From Rhina ancylostomus (lineage: Eukaryota), in the NCBI GenBank assembly GCA_030265395.1, contig JARFYF010000046.1:22641710-22705709 (forward strand): DNA of 64,000 nt, given 5' to 3'. Both the position numbers and the translations under genes were made by a program. Below, piece after piece: positions 1-13,200 of the stretch. Position 1 is the stretch's first letter. Each line of letters begins with the position of its first letter. The notes beneath the pieces are model-generated. The model was not told the DNA's origin, did no database searches, and was given only the letters and a program-made list of their open reading frames with translations.

Positions 1-1097
1 CCTGCAGACTCTGCCCGCATCACTGGTACCTTCATTGGGAGATGGATGGGTCTCCAAGTCGACGCGCTGCAGCTGTTTAAAGGGGCTGTCGGTTGTTCAG
101 ACAAGGGCTGCATCCGAAAACTGGATTGACGGATTGGGTTTGTTGCTTGACAACTGTGACTACTCTTCATAAAGCACATTTTGCCTGTAAAATGTCCTGA
201 GGTTGTGAAAGTGGCTAAATTAATGGATGTTTTCTTTTTGCCTGTCTACAGTTTTGGGATACAATTATTAATCTCGTAATCAATGTTTGCAAAATTGAGT
301 CCCAATGGGATTTTTGTTTGTGCATAAACTGCTTCTGAAACTGCCATCTTTTACATGCCCTTTGCCCCTTAGAGTGGTATCTTCTGCTTTTGTCTCGTTA
401 AGCAAACAGTCCGATATCTTGTATAAAGTCCACCGTGCCTCTTACAGAATGCAGTCAGGTTATTTTTGTTTCCTTTCCAGATAGATTTGCTTAGGATCAT
501 GCCTTTTCTCTGTCACTTCAATGAAAATATGATGATGACATCCCACCAATGAAACAGTGTTTGAAGTTGCAACAGATGTATCTATAGGACTTGATTCTAT
601 GCATTATTAAACCACTATTATTTGCTAGTAACCTTGTTTTTTAAAAAAATATTGAAATTAACATGAGGTTTGCAATGAACTTTCACATTCCTCAGTCAAG
701 TAACTTGTCTTGGTCAATACTTTAAGTATAGATTATTTATAGAACATTTCTGGGGCTTTTGTCAATAGAGTAAACATCTTAATCCAAAAACTAAAATTAC
801 ACTGTCTCTGTAGAATGTGTGTTGTAATGATAAAAGTTTGCAACTGAAAATACACTGAAATAGACTATTTAATCTGTGGCTATGCTGCATGTGACTAGTA
901 GAGTTGCTTAAGTCAACAATGGTGACATTGAGAATAAAAGATGGCTTTCTTTTGTTTTAATGGCCTTGTCCCTGAAGGGTGTTTGTGTGTGTCTGCATAC
1001 CCGTCCGAATTGGGAAATGTTCGTTTAAATCATGTGTTGTTGAGTTTTGTTTTACTTCTTGTTCCAGGCTGTTGTACTAAGAGAGACTGCAAGAAGA

Positions 1098-1209
1098 ATG
1101 GCACAAGATGGTATATACTATTACAGATTGCCTGCTGTTAGATTCATCCCTCTTATTAATATTATTCTGTTTGTGGATGGAATATCTACCATCATACTCT
1201 GGATTTTAG
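1098..1209 (+). CDS. Coding exon 1 (acceptor at 1067/1068, probable ATG 1098): [37 protein letters not shown](G)
   Basis: Pyrimidine tract ttcttgttccag before 1068; donor AG|gtaatg; phase 1 joins exon 2; hydrophobic helix. The frame is open back to the acceptor, so an upstream start cannot be excluded. Confidence 0.8.
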
Positions 1210-4200
1210 GTAATGCATTTTCCTCACTGTTGTCAGCAGGAAGTAATTGATTTTAAGAAGTTTTGTATTGCTGCATAAGGCAGGCAATTAAAAACATGTA
1301 TATTAATTTGCATTAATACAATGATGGTTTTAGATACCATGACAATTAAGCAATGTGCTATCAAGTAGTGTATCTATATTCATGTAGAATCATACAGCAT
1401 GGAAACAGGCCCTTTGGCCCAACTAGTACTTGCAAACCAAGCTAGTCCCCTCTGCCTGCGTTTGGCCCATATCCTTCTAAACCTTTCCTATCCATCCACC
1501 TGTCCAAAAGTTGTCATTGTACCTGCTTCAACCACTTCTTCTGGCAGCTCCTTCTATAAGTGTACTACCCTCTGCATAAAACAAAAAAGGTTGTCCCTTG
1601 AGTTCCTTTTAAATCTTTCCCTTCTCATTTTAAACCTATGCCCTCTAGTTCTTGATTTCTCAACCCTGTGGAAAAGACTGAATGCATTCACACTATCTAT
1701 GCCCTTCATGATTCTATACACCTCTATGTAATCACCTCTTGTCCTTGTACACACCATACATGTGAGTGTTGCTGGTAAGGCTGGCATATGTTGCTCATTC
1801 TTGTTTCACCTCTAAGGTGGAGATGAATGATCTTGAAGCACTGTGGTCCTGCTGTAGGAACTGCTTTAATACTATTAGATGGAGAGTTCTAACATTTGAA
1901 CTCAGTGATTATGAATAAACAGTGATTATAAATTCCTAGATGTGTGCTGTAGAGGAACATTTGGTGTTCCCATGTGCCTGCAACATTGGGCTTTTGAGAA
2001 AGTAGAGGTTACTGGTCACAGTGCGATGCTTTCAAGGAAGCTATGGCAAGCTTTGACAGTGGGTTCTACCTATTGTGGCCATGGTGTGTTGTGATGGAGG
2101 GAATGAATGTTTAGGGTTGTAAATTGGGTATCAATCTACTGATGGTGTTATGCCTCCTGGTTGTTTTTGGAATTGTGCTCGTGTCATGAATGTGAGTAAT
2201 GTATCAAACTCTTGGCTTGTATCCCGAAGCTGGTGGAGAGACTTCAGGAAATTGGAAGCTGAATTATTATACAAGCCAAGTCATAGTCGTAGACTATGGC
2301 AACCTGCCATAGTCATAGTATTTATCTGGTATAGTTCTGTTTCTGAAGGTGGCAGATTGGGCATTGTTAATCTGGTGGGACTGGATCTGGACTATTGTGT
2401 ACAGGTCTGGTGTCCCAACCTAAGGAAGGACATGCTTGTGATTTTTAGGAGTTGTTATGGATTAGGTTACTTTTGGTGAATGTCCCTTTAAGACATAGCA
2501 CAGTAGTGTGTTTGGTGTGATTACAACAACAACAGGCGATAAGAACATGATGACGTTTTTGGAGCGGTCAGTCAGAGAAGAGAGAGAGAGGAGAAAGACA
2601 CCCTGCCTGCCGGTCTCTGTATCGATGGATGGAAAACAATAACTGTGTCTGTCACTACAATCCACGTATGGATTGTTGGAATAATCCAGTGGTGTCCACT
2701 TTGTCATTAACCTGTAGAGGGAAACAGGTATTTGTGTGGATGGCCACGTCTCAAATGCCTTTGGGGTGGCAGATACTTCGGAACAAAGGAATGGAGGTCA
2801 TCAGTGATTGAGATGTCATATCGGTTGCATCATGGAACATTTGGATTTCATAATTACTCTCTATTTACTCTCTACATTTCTTCTTCAGTCAATGGTGGTT
2901 TTGCAGAAACCTTTACTCACGTTTCACCTTGTGGCTTGCTGAACTGAACGTTGAGAACTATTCCTGGACTTGGAGTTTGGGAATTTGCCGCACACACACT
3001 TCCAAGTTTAGTTTTTGGGGTCAGTGTTTAATATCTAACATTTTTACTTTTATTTTTCTTATCATAAGTAGTTATTAATAAAATAGTTTCTAACACTCAT
3101 ACATGACTCTGTGTTTCTTTTGTTGTTGGTATGTGGTTCAGTCTCCTGCGATGACAGGTTTGTCATAAGAGGAGAGCGTTTTCAGGAGAGGTTGCATTCA
3201 GATCACCTTGTGTTTTTGTAATTTACAAAATTCTTATGGGGCTTGATGTGGTAAATGCAGGGGCAATGTTTCCCTTGTCTGGGGTGTCTGGAGTCACAAT
3301 CTCAAGAAGGTTTGGCCATTCAGCATGAAGACTAAAAGAAATTTCTTCACACAGACTGCAATGAATCTTTGGAATTTTCTACTGAAAATTGCAAGCATCA
3401 GTGCAAGGCCAGCACTTAACCACTTTGTAACAATAAAAAATAAGCATTAGGAGAGATTTCTTTCCCTAGAGGATGTTTGTGAACCAGATGGATTTCTATC
3501 ACAACCAGTTGTTTCATTGTTACAGTTATTGGTGCTATGATAAAATTTTATGAATTTGCATTCACCAGCTGCCATTGTGGGTTTTGATCACACTTCCAAA
3601 TCTTTTGTGTAGACATCTGACTGCTTGTTACTTAACCATTATGCCACCTTTCTCACCGAGACATGACTCCTGGCAGTGAATCTGTATCCTTTTGATTCTC
3701 AGTGATTTCAGTTTTATTGAGCTTTTTGATGCCCTTGTGTGTTTTGCAGATACTTTCAAACTGCCTCTAGAATTCTTTTCTTTTGTCCATTTGTAATATG
3801 GTGGTCATCAAGTAGTCCCAGTAAAATCTAGTTCAAGCATTGGTAAACTGGTTATTGGTGAGTAAGTGTTGCTTAATAGCATTGGTGATGAGATCACTGA
3901 TGATTGAGGGTAGCTTGATGGGGTGTTAATGGGTAGGATTGGACTTGTTCTGCATTTTGTGACTGTGACATACCTGGGTAACTTCGTACATTGTCAAGTT
4001 GATGTCAGTGTTGTACCTGTACTAGAAACCTGATTAGTCTTGAGGTATAACTAGATTATGGTGACGGCTGACAGTTTGCTTTGTATCCATGACATCAAGC
4101 CTTTGTTTTGATTTAAGCAAGTTGGTGAAGACAGGTTCTGGTGGTTGGACCGTGGGAAAAGACAGAGATGGATCAACCACCTTGCACTTCTGAATGAAGA

Positions 4201-7200
4201 TCAGGTTCATTCTGGCCACTGTTTGTAAAGAGTTTGTACATTCTCCCCATGTCTGTGTGGGCTTCCTCTGGGTGCTATGATTTCCTCCCACTTTCCAAAG
4301 ATGTCCAGGTTAGGAAGTTGTGGGCATGCTATGTTGGTGCTGGAAACGTGGCGACATTTGTGGGCTGCCCCCAGAACACTTTACACGAAAGGTGCATTTC
4401 ACTGTGTTTGGATGTATATGTGACTAATAAAGATAACATAAATGCCTCAGCTGTGACCTTTTGGACTTGCATACTGGCTTTGCCATTGATGATGGAGGCA
4501 TTCATGCAACTGTTCTTCCCTAGTTGTTTAATTATCAACAGTTATTCATGATTGGATGGGGCAGGACAGAAGAGCTTTCAATCTGGTTGTTGTAATATAA
4601 CTGAACCTTAAACATTCTTTCAATAAGCTTTTAATTCAAATCACTACTGACGTGTAAAATAAGCTTTCAAAGCAGATGCAAATTTCCAGGGTTAATGTAT
4701 TATTCCTTATCATGATGAATGAAACACACAGAAAATGCTGGAAACATCTGTTGTGAGAAAGAGTTAATGTTTCAGATCAGTGACCTTTCTTCAGAGCTAG
4801 GAAATGCTACACTTGTGTGGATCAAAATCTTAATTAATTAATGTGACCATATGGATGCAATAAAGCAATACCTGTCAAAGTCATTAGTAGACCTAATTAC
4901 ATAAGATTTTGTTGTTTCTTGTTAATGTTGCCAGTTTCTGGGCCAGAGCTGGGTAATTGCTAAATTTGGAACTAATATTGACTTTAGTTATTTTAGTTTT
5001 TAATCATTCCCAGAATCAAAAGGTTGAAGTTCTGCTGACAGGTTTTAGAATGAAACTATACAGTGGTTATGTGATTAAAATTTTTGACCATCAGGAGTTA
5101 AGTTTGCATATTCAATATCATAACTCTTTAGTCTTGCCTTGATTTTACCTGAAGTGATATTTTATCTTATAACAGGGAAAAAATCTTCCTTCTGCTTATT
5201 GTTATCTATTGGGTTTAGATGTCATATGACAACTGCAGCTGAATTAGATGAAATAAGTTGCAAAGAAGTATTCTTCCGATGATCATTGATTACAATCTCG
5301 CATGACAATTTGCCATTTAGATATTATGGAGGGCAGTGTTGTCAGTGGCTATCTCATGGAACACAACATAAGATATAAGTTATTTATTAGTCACATGTAC
5401 ATCGAAACACACAGTGAAATGAGTCTTTTTGCATTACTGAGAATGTGCTGGGAGCAGCCTGCAAGTGTTGTCACTCTTCTGGTGCCAACATAGCATGCCC
5501 ACAGCTCCTCACTTGTACGTCTTTAGAATGTGGGAGGAAATCCACACGGACACGGGGAGAACATACAAACTCCATACGGACAGCGGTGGGAAATGAACCT
5601 GGGTTGCTAGTGCTGTAATAGTGTTATGTTAACCTCTACACTACTGTGTAAAAGGAAGTAAATGGGTGGGGTGAGTTTGGAATTGGGGGGAAAATTTTGA
5701 GCAGTAGTTTGACATGGTATTGTATTTTCAATAAAGTTGTATCTGGGGAGTGAAGTTCACTTGGTTCACCTTGAATATGTAAAATTATTGAACAAGAGAA
5801 TACTGTTCCACACCAGATGTTCATTCAAAATATCTGGGGTATTTAATAAAATCTTATTTGTGTTTGTTTAAAATGATAACAATTTTTATTAGGTATCAAT
5901 TAAAAAAATGTGGCCTTGATTAATTTTAGTTGTATTTAAATGCAGAAAGAGTACGTAAGAAATTTTAAAAGCTTACAATTGACTTCTTAAAGTGCACTTA
6001 TTTCCTTTTTTATGTAAAGAATAGTGAGATTTTTCTTAACTGGCAGTTCTGTGGCATTGTCTTCAATTCATTTTTCATTATGACTTTTTATTTAACCTGT
6101 TTACCTTTTTTTTTAAGGTGGTCGCTCTCACTATTTGGAAAACGATGTACTTAAGTGGTGCTTCTGGAAGTCAACTTTTGATCTTGCAGCATTTTGCACA
6201 ATGAAAACATGTATTCTTATTGTAATTTACTTGACAATGGAGTCTATTGCCCTGAAACAGATTGATGATCTTAACAATTCCAATCTTAAACGGAAAAGGG
6301 AGCTCCTGCACCTGATTAGCTTCACCATCTCAGGTCTCTGGGTTGCATACACAATGGCCAAAGGAATTACGGTCCTTGTAACACGGAGCTATAAAGAGGT
6401 AAATGCTGTGTAATTTGTTAAACTTGTATCGAGAGTTGTAGATTTGCTTTATTAACAGTAGGGCATACAGGGGTATATATTCTGGACAACTGGAAACAAG
6501 GATGAGTTGAATCTTCCTTGCTATGGAACCATCAGAGTTTGGTCATTTCCTGGGAGTAAATACTAGCTATGTACTGTACGTGTGAGACTTGAGTTAAATG
6601 TGCTGCTACATGTTTCGTACGTGTCTTTATACTTCCTTATGACTTGGAAGGTGGCTGTTTGGCCCATCGAGTCTGTGCTAGTTCTTAGAACAATCCCATT
6701 CCCATTCTTATTTCCTGGTAACCTATTTTCTCTTGGATGCCTATGAACTCCATTTTGATTCTCATACGACCCATTACATGAGGGTAATTGGCTATTTTAA
6801 ATTACCCATCGGCCAGCCTGACTGCGATATGGGAGGAATATGAAGTACATGGTGTGGTTGCAGAGAGAATGTGCAAATTCCATACACAAAGCACTGAAGT
6901 CGGATTGGAACCGGAATCTGAATTGTTGAAGCTGTGAGTCAGCAGCATTACTATCTGTAACGATGCTCTGTGGCTGGAATCCATGTGGAGTCCATTGGCA
7001 AAGCTTGGCCTCAGTAGGGTTCCCTGAGGGGTGTATTGGTGAATTATTTTGCCAATCCTGAACCGAGTTAGACCAGCAAAGGATTGAAAATCCCATGTAT
7101 TCCAGTGGAGAATCTTGGCCAGTGGATCAGGAAAAGTACGTTTTTAAAAATTTTCCCCTTGAAAGCACTTACTGAACATTAAGGATAACGTGATTTTAAT

Positions 7201-10200
7201 TAGCTCTACTCTTTATATGTTTAATTTTTAATTATTTACACCAATTTTAATAGTTTTTAAATGCCTCTGAATATTGGTGTTATCTCAAAAATTATTAAAA
7301 CCATGCATTACCACCGTATGGGTAAAAGCAAATTCATCCTTGCATAATTCACAAGGCACTACTTGAAATTTGAGATACGGAATGAGATTTGTTCTTAAAG
7401 AATTTATGTAGGAAAATAAAAGGAAATGAAATGTTGGGGTTGACTTATTTTTGATTGATACATCAATTTGATTGTTTTGCTTGGCTGAATCAGGTTCATA
7501 CCCCACTACTCTTTTGTCACACATCAATCTTACTCAGTATCCATTGGACTGCTTGTTAGTTTATTCCATAAGCCCTTGCATATGGAGTAAAATACCCCCC
7601 TCCTCCCCCCATCCAAAATTATTGTGCAAGTATTTTCTGCTCATTTTAATGTAACAATAATCTTTGCATCTGCAATTTCCCTGCAAGCTTAGAAACCAAA
7701 CTCAGAGCTGCTTTGATTTGAATAATACTTTTTAATTATTTAAGTTTGTATATGGGTAATTAGCTTTACATTTCATGTCAAAAAGAATTTTTCTTATACA
7801 GAAAGAGTTTGAAATTTTACTTAACATATTGTGTGATGACTACTTGCTCTCTTGCTTCATACTGTTCTTTCAAATAAGGAATCAGTCATTTGAGAGTCCA
7901 TAGTTTCTTTCAGCATTTAATCTTGTAAAATAGGTTCCACTGTATATTTGCTGAATTAAAAAGCATTGAATTCTTTGAAATCTAGAAAAGCTGCAGGTTA
8001 TCCAAATTTTGTTTATAGTCATGTAATAGTCACTAGGTAATGTTATCCCATATAAAATCATGTATTCTATTGTTCTTGTGAGGTTAAAAAAATCTTCATT
8101 GTTTTAAATGAGCCTTTGTTTCCCATTGACAGATGCATCTAACATTCAAGATTGTTTGTATTTCTACCTTGGTCTTCAGCCTGGTTGAGTTCCCCTTTTG
8201 TGTTTTTTGTAACAGGTAATGGACACTGAAATGGTTGAAAAAAAACCCTATGAAGTGCATCTTTTAATAAAAAAAAATTACTTATATTTTGTTTTGTTGC
8301 AGTGTAAATTTTGATCTAATTGTTTCTGAACTTTTTTATGTTCTGGGCATAAATTTAGCAGTAATACCTGGCTAAGTGACCAGATAAAACTGCAAAGCAG
8401 GATTGTCTGGGGTGAAAATTGATATTAAAGCATTGGTCCATCTGTGAAAATACTAATTTAAGTATGAAGCTGAACCTATTATTAAAATCTCATTCTTGCA
8501 TAAAGGACTGCATGCTAGTCTAGAATGCATGGAAAGTGAGCTACATTTTTATCTATAGCCAGATGTAGGGGATCTGTGGTAACTTTCAAGAAAAGCTGGG
8601 GAATCTCATGGTGTTTCTGCCTGCAAACTTCCCTTACTGACACTACCAAAAATATAATAGCTGGGCACTTTTCCTTGAAATTNNNNNNNNNNNNNNNNNN
8701 NNNNNNNNNNNNNNNNNNNNNNNNNNNNNNNNNNNNNNNNNNNNNNNNNNNNNNNNNNNNNNNNNNNNNNNNNNNNNNNNNNNNNNNNNNNNNNNNNNNN
8801 NNNNNNNNNNNNNNNNNNNNNNNNNNNNNNNNNNTAGGACAGTTTTAATATTTATCATTGGTTTTGAGTAGAGTGACAGGGTGGGTAGTTGGACAAAGCA
8901 GATGATTTTACAGTGCATATATCCAAATGTACAAAGCATGGTAAGCTACAGCACAGATCACCGCATAGCATTATCATATGGTGATAGCATAGTTCCTACC
9001 TCAGGATGGGATTAAGTGATGAATTTTCAAGGATTCAAGACATTCAAGCAAGGAAGAAGGCATGTAATATTACTGATTAAAGAATATTTGGGAAGTGCTC
9101 ATTTGGGGAGATAAATTTCCTAAATCTAGAGTTAAGAAATCGTTAAAGTCCCATTACTCTTTTGGGTATATTCAATAGGTCATTGACTTGTGGGAAAGAT
9201 GTAGAGAAGGACGTAACTTTGCATGGAATTCAAAGGTATAGGAACTGTAAGAGTTTTAACTATAAGAGTAAGACTTATGGATAGCATAGTGACACAGCTA
9301 GTAGAGATGCTGCCTCACCGTGCTAAAGACCCGGGTTTAATCCTGACCTTGGGTTCTGTCTGTGTGCAGAGTTACGCATTGACCTTGTGATTGTGTAGGT
9401 TTCCTTGGAGTGCTCTATTTTCCACCCACATGTCAAAGACGTGTGGATTGGTAGTTAAATTGGCCACTGTAGCCAGGGAATAAAAGACGGCCACTGTTTC
9501 ATGCATGTTATAAGTTAATAACCTGGGTTCTATTTCAGAATTTTCAGAACTTAATATGGTAAACGGTGAGAAGGATGGTGATGGACTTTGAGGATATAAA
9601 TAGGTTGGATGGAATGGGGAGATAAATGGCAGATGAAATTTAATGGAGAAATGTAACTGAAGCATTTTGGTAAGAAGAATGAGGAAGGGCAAAATAAATG
9701 TAGACTAAATGCAAGAAGCTTGTGTTAATTCTCAGTAGAGCACTAATTCAGCTGCTATTAGAATATTGTATCCAATTCTGGTGACTGTGCTAGGAAGGAT
9801 TTTTAGGAGCTACCAAAAGATTTAATAGAATGGTCTTGGGAATGATGGATTTGGGTTACTTAGACTTGAGATGTTAGTGTTATTCTTGGAGCAGGAAATA
9901 CTGAGAGATGATTTTAAAAGAGGTGCTCAAAAGCATGAGGAATCTAAACATTATGAACATTTGGATTTGGTTCATTTGGACGTTTGGTTCTTCCACCATT
10001 GTGATCTCAACAATCGTTGAAGAACCAAAAGCCTTAGGTGCAACATAAAAATAATTGGTAGAAGAGGTGCAGTGAGTAGTTTCATGCAGTGAGTCGTCAT
10101 GATTTGGAATTTACTGCCTGAAAGGATGCTGGGAAGAGAATCAGTCATTGTTTGCAAATGTGAATTGGATAGATATGTAAAGTAGCAAAATAGACGTAGG

Positions 10201-13200
10201 TGGGGAATGGAACTGATGATCTTGCAAAAAGATTGTATGCATGGATCAAATGGTCTCCTTGCATTCTGTAACAATTCTTTTGATTGTATTTACTCCATGT
10301 ATTCAGTACATAAGGGGTTTATGAATAACTGTTTAAGTTTCTAGTTGGGATAATTGGTTGTCATTGTCTTTAATTACTACTTTCTGTCTCAGGTTTCTGA
10401 GAAGGTTGCAGATTTTCCGTATTGTGCAAAGCATTGAAGAAGAAAGGGACCAAAAAAGTAAAGCTGATCTTAAGCGCCTCTTCTTATTGGCCAAAGATGT
10501 GAGTATTGTTTGTGTTCTCAATAACTGTTTTCAAATTAGATACAAGTTCACTTTGCATTCAACATGTAATCCTATTTTGCATGCCTTGAATAGTTCAGAA
10601 ATAATGCTATTTAATAATCGTGTTTTAAGGAACTGGTTCATTGTTTAAATGAAAGTTATATTTATTTTAATTAAACTAAATGGGTAAAACATTTTGCACA
10701 TATCCTGTGAATTTCAGAACTGCTATCTTCACCATGAAGTGTTCCTCAAGAACTGTGACTTTGTAAAAGAGACTATGGAAATTCTGCTTTATGGAGTGTG
10801 GACTACTTGCCTTAACTATAATAAATCTTTGTTTAGGCAGAGTTGATTGGGGGTTCTCCTCTTACTGGTAGAAGCCCCATTTAAAAACTCTTGGAAAACA
10901 GTTTATACATGTTTTTAGGTTTTCAATAGATCTTAAGTGATTAAGAACAAGTGAGAGAACCACTGTGGCAAATTGCCCCATGGATATTTAAAAGCCACCA
11001 AATTCTTTAGATCTGTGGCTCAGCTTTTGAATCTTCAAGTGCCAATCCCTCTTGCTTCATCTTATTTAATTATTGATATTCCAGTTATTGGAAGAGATGA
11101 ACTAGGTATGTTAATTTACTAGAAAGTTGGCAGTAAATGTTAGGCAATAAGTATAATTAACTGATGGAACAGATATAGAGCATTAAGTCTCTCGAACTTG
11201 ATCTTTAATATATTATTGATTGACTTTTAATGTCTAAAATTTAGGGAAAGTATTAATAGATTTTGCACCATTTTTGTATTTCTATAACTGGTGCATTTAA
11301 AGAACTGGATAAGCTTCAACTGATCTTCTCTGTGTCTTAAAATATTTATTCTCGATATTGTGTAAATTTAAATGCTTCCTTAGTGCAAAATTACTATTTG
11401 GAGATTGCCACGTGCATATTACATTTACAATTTAAGTAACCAGAAAATATTTTCTTCTACCACAGGAAGTTTGGATTTGTATTGGTGGAATGCTGGCACT
11501 TCTTGTCTCCTGTCTTTCACAGATAGTGGCTCCATTTTTCTTTGGCAAGGTTATTGATTCGGCTATGGAATCAATGGGTATGTGAATTATTTTCTTTTGT
11601 AGCAGTGAAATGCTTGATGTAGAAATGGTAATAAGTCGGAAATCAATGAAATTGAGGAAATTGGCAAAAATAATGGTTGAAGGCTAGTTTATGATTTAAA
11701 AATATCATCTATATTAGACTGTTCACACTTGAGACAAAAATGTCAATAGGCCAGGCCTTGCTGTGTCATGCTGGAAGTTCCAAACAGAACAACCAGTGTT
11801 TAGCCCTTTTATTGGGTAGCCAGCCCAGGATTTCTATGCATTTGCTATCAAATGCGGAACATATGGAGCCCAGCAGCAGAGTTCCACCTTGCTGTGGTCC
11901 CCAATATTATGCTGGGAAATTGCTTTTTGGATCTTGTGTCAGGTTTAATCTGGTGCAGGATCTGAGGCCCATTGATTTTAGTGGACATTGTGGGCCATGG
12001 ATTGGGAGGCAAATCAGAAGATGAGTTTTTAAAAATATATTTTGATTAATTTAGTGATTGAGGTATTTTAGTAAACTATTTTGTTAAAATATTTTCAATA
12101 AATGTTGTTCTGATTCAATTTTAGTAGCTTTTAACTGCCAAAGATATTTTTTAAAAACTACTAAAAATAATCAAATGCAGATTTTACAGTGAGGAAAGCT
12201 GCAGGTTTTGTCAGCTGTTAATGTTGAGTGGGGTTTTGGGGATAGGTTCCCCTCAGTACAACACTGCATACCCCACTGCTCTAAGACTATGCCACTGGAA
12301 TCCAGAATGGTAGGCTTTCTGCACCTGGACTAGGTAAATGCAGGTGTGGATGTACTGTATAGTAATTTTGTTGTAGGTGGTGATTGGGTGCAGGGAGCAT
12401 GACCTGATAAATCCTCCTGTTTCCAAACTGAAGTGTGTAATTCAATGCTATCCACCAGAGGGTGCATTGATGCTGTTTTCAGAAGAAAATAAGTAGCCAA
12501 ATTGTGTCTAATGTGTCTAGTATTGTGACACATGTATTTCATGGTCAAATTGTGGCTTTGATCCAAGACATGATGGAAGCTAGGCCTTTGTGCTAATAGT
12601 TCTAATGTACATAAAGGATAGTGATATATTAGTATGACCTTAGAAATGAAATATCCTAGTAATTCCACCTTTTTATATTAAAAAAAAAGTTGAGTTTTCT
12701 GCTTTTGAAGTTCAGTAGAATTTTGTTACTTAAGTCACTGAGCAGGAATTGTTCTTCATTTTTAGTTTGCGTTTCTTTAGTTAACACTAAATTAATTTAA
12801 AAAATAACTTGAAGGCTATTTTCTCACTGCCAGCCTCAATGTTACTTGGCCCTTACATTGCTCATAGAAAGGGATTAACTATTTGAACGCTGTGCTGTTG
12901 AAACAAGGTTATATATTATGTACACTGCAATTGTTTCCACTGCAGTCCAGATGGTTTCATTGACAGGAAGATGTTGACTATAATAAAATTTTGACTGTAA
13001 CAATCTTTTCTCTTCTGCCTTGAGACAGTTCAATCGGCAGTATCACCACACACAGGCTCCTAATCTATTTTAAAATGAAAGCACAGACTTGGAATTCTAA
13101 AATTGGATCTACTGATGCAAGCCCCTTTATTTCCCTCTGTGATGAGAAGACTCCAAGTCAAGAGCCAATTTTGATCCTTATTCTCAGAAGCACCATCACA

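Noticed and set aside
1-135. Slightly GC/CpG-richer start as promoter or 5' UTR exon
   Set aside because: Too short and cut by the window edge. An upstream exon is implied by the acceptor at 1067 but cannot be located.
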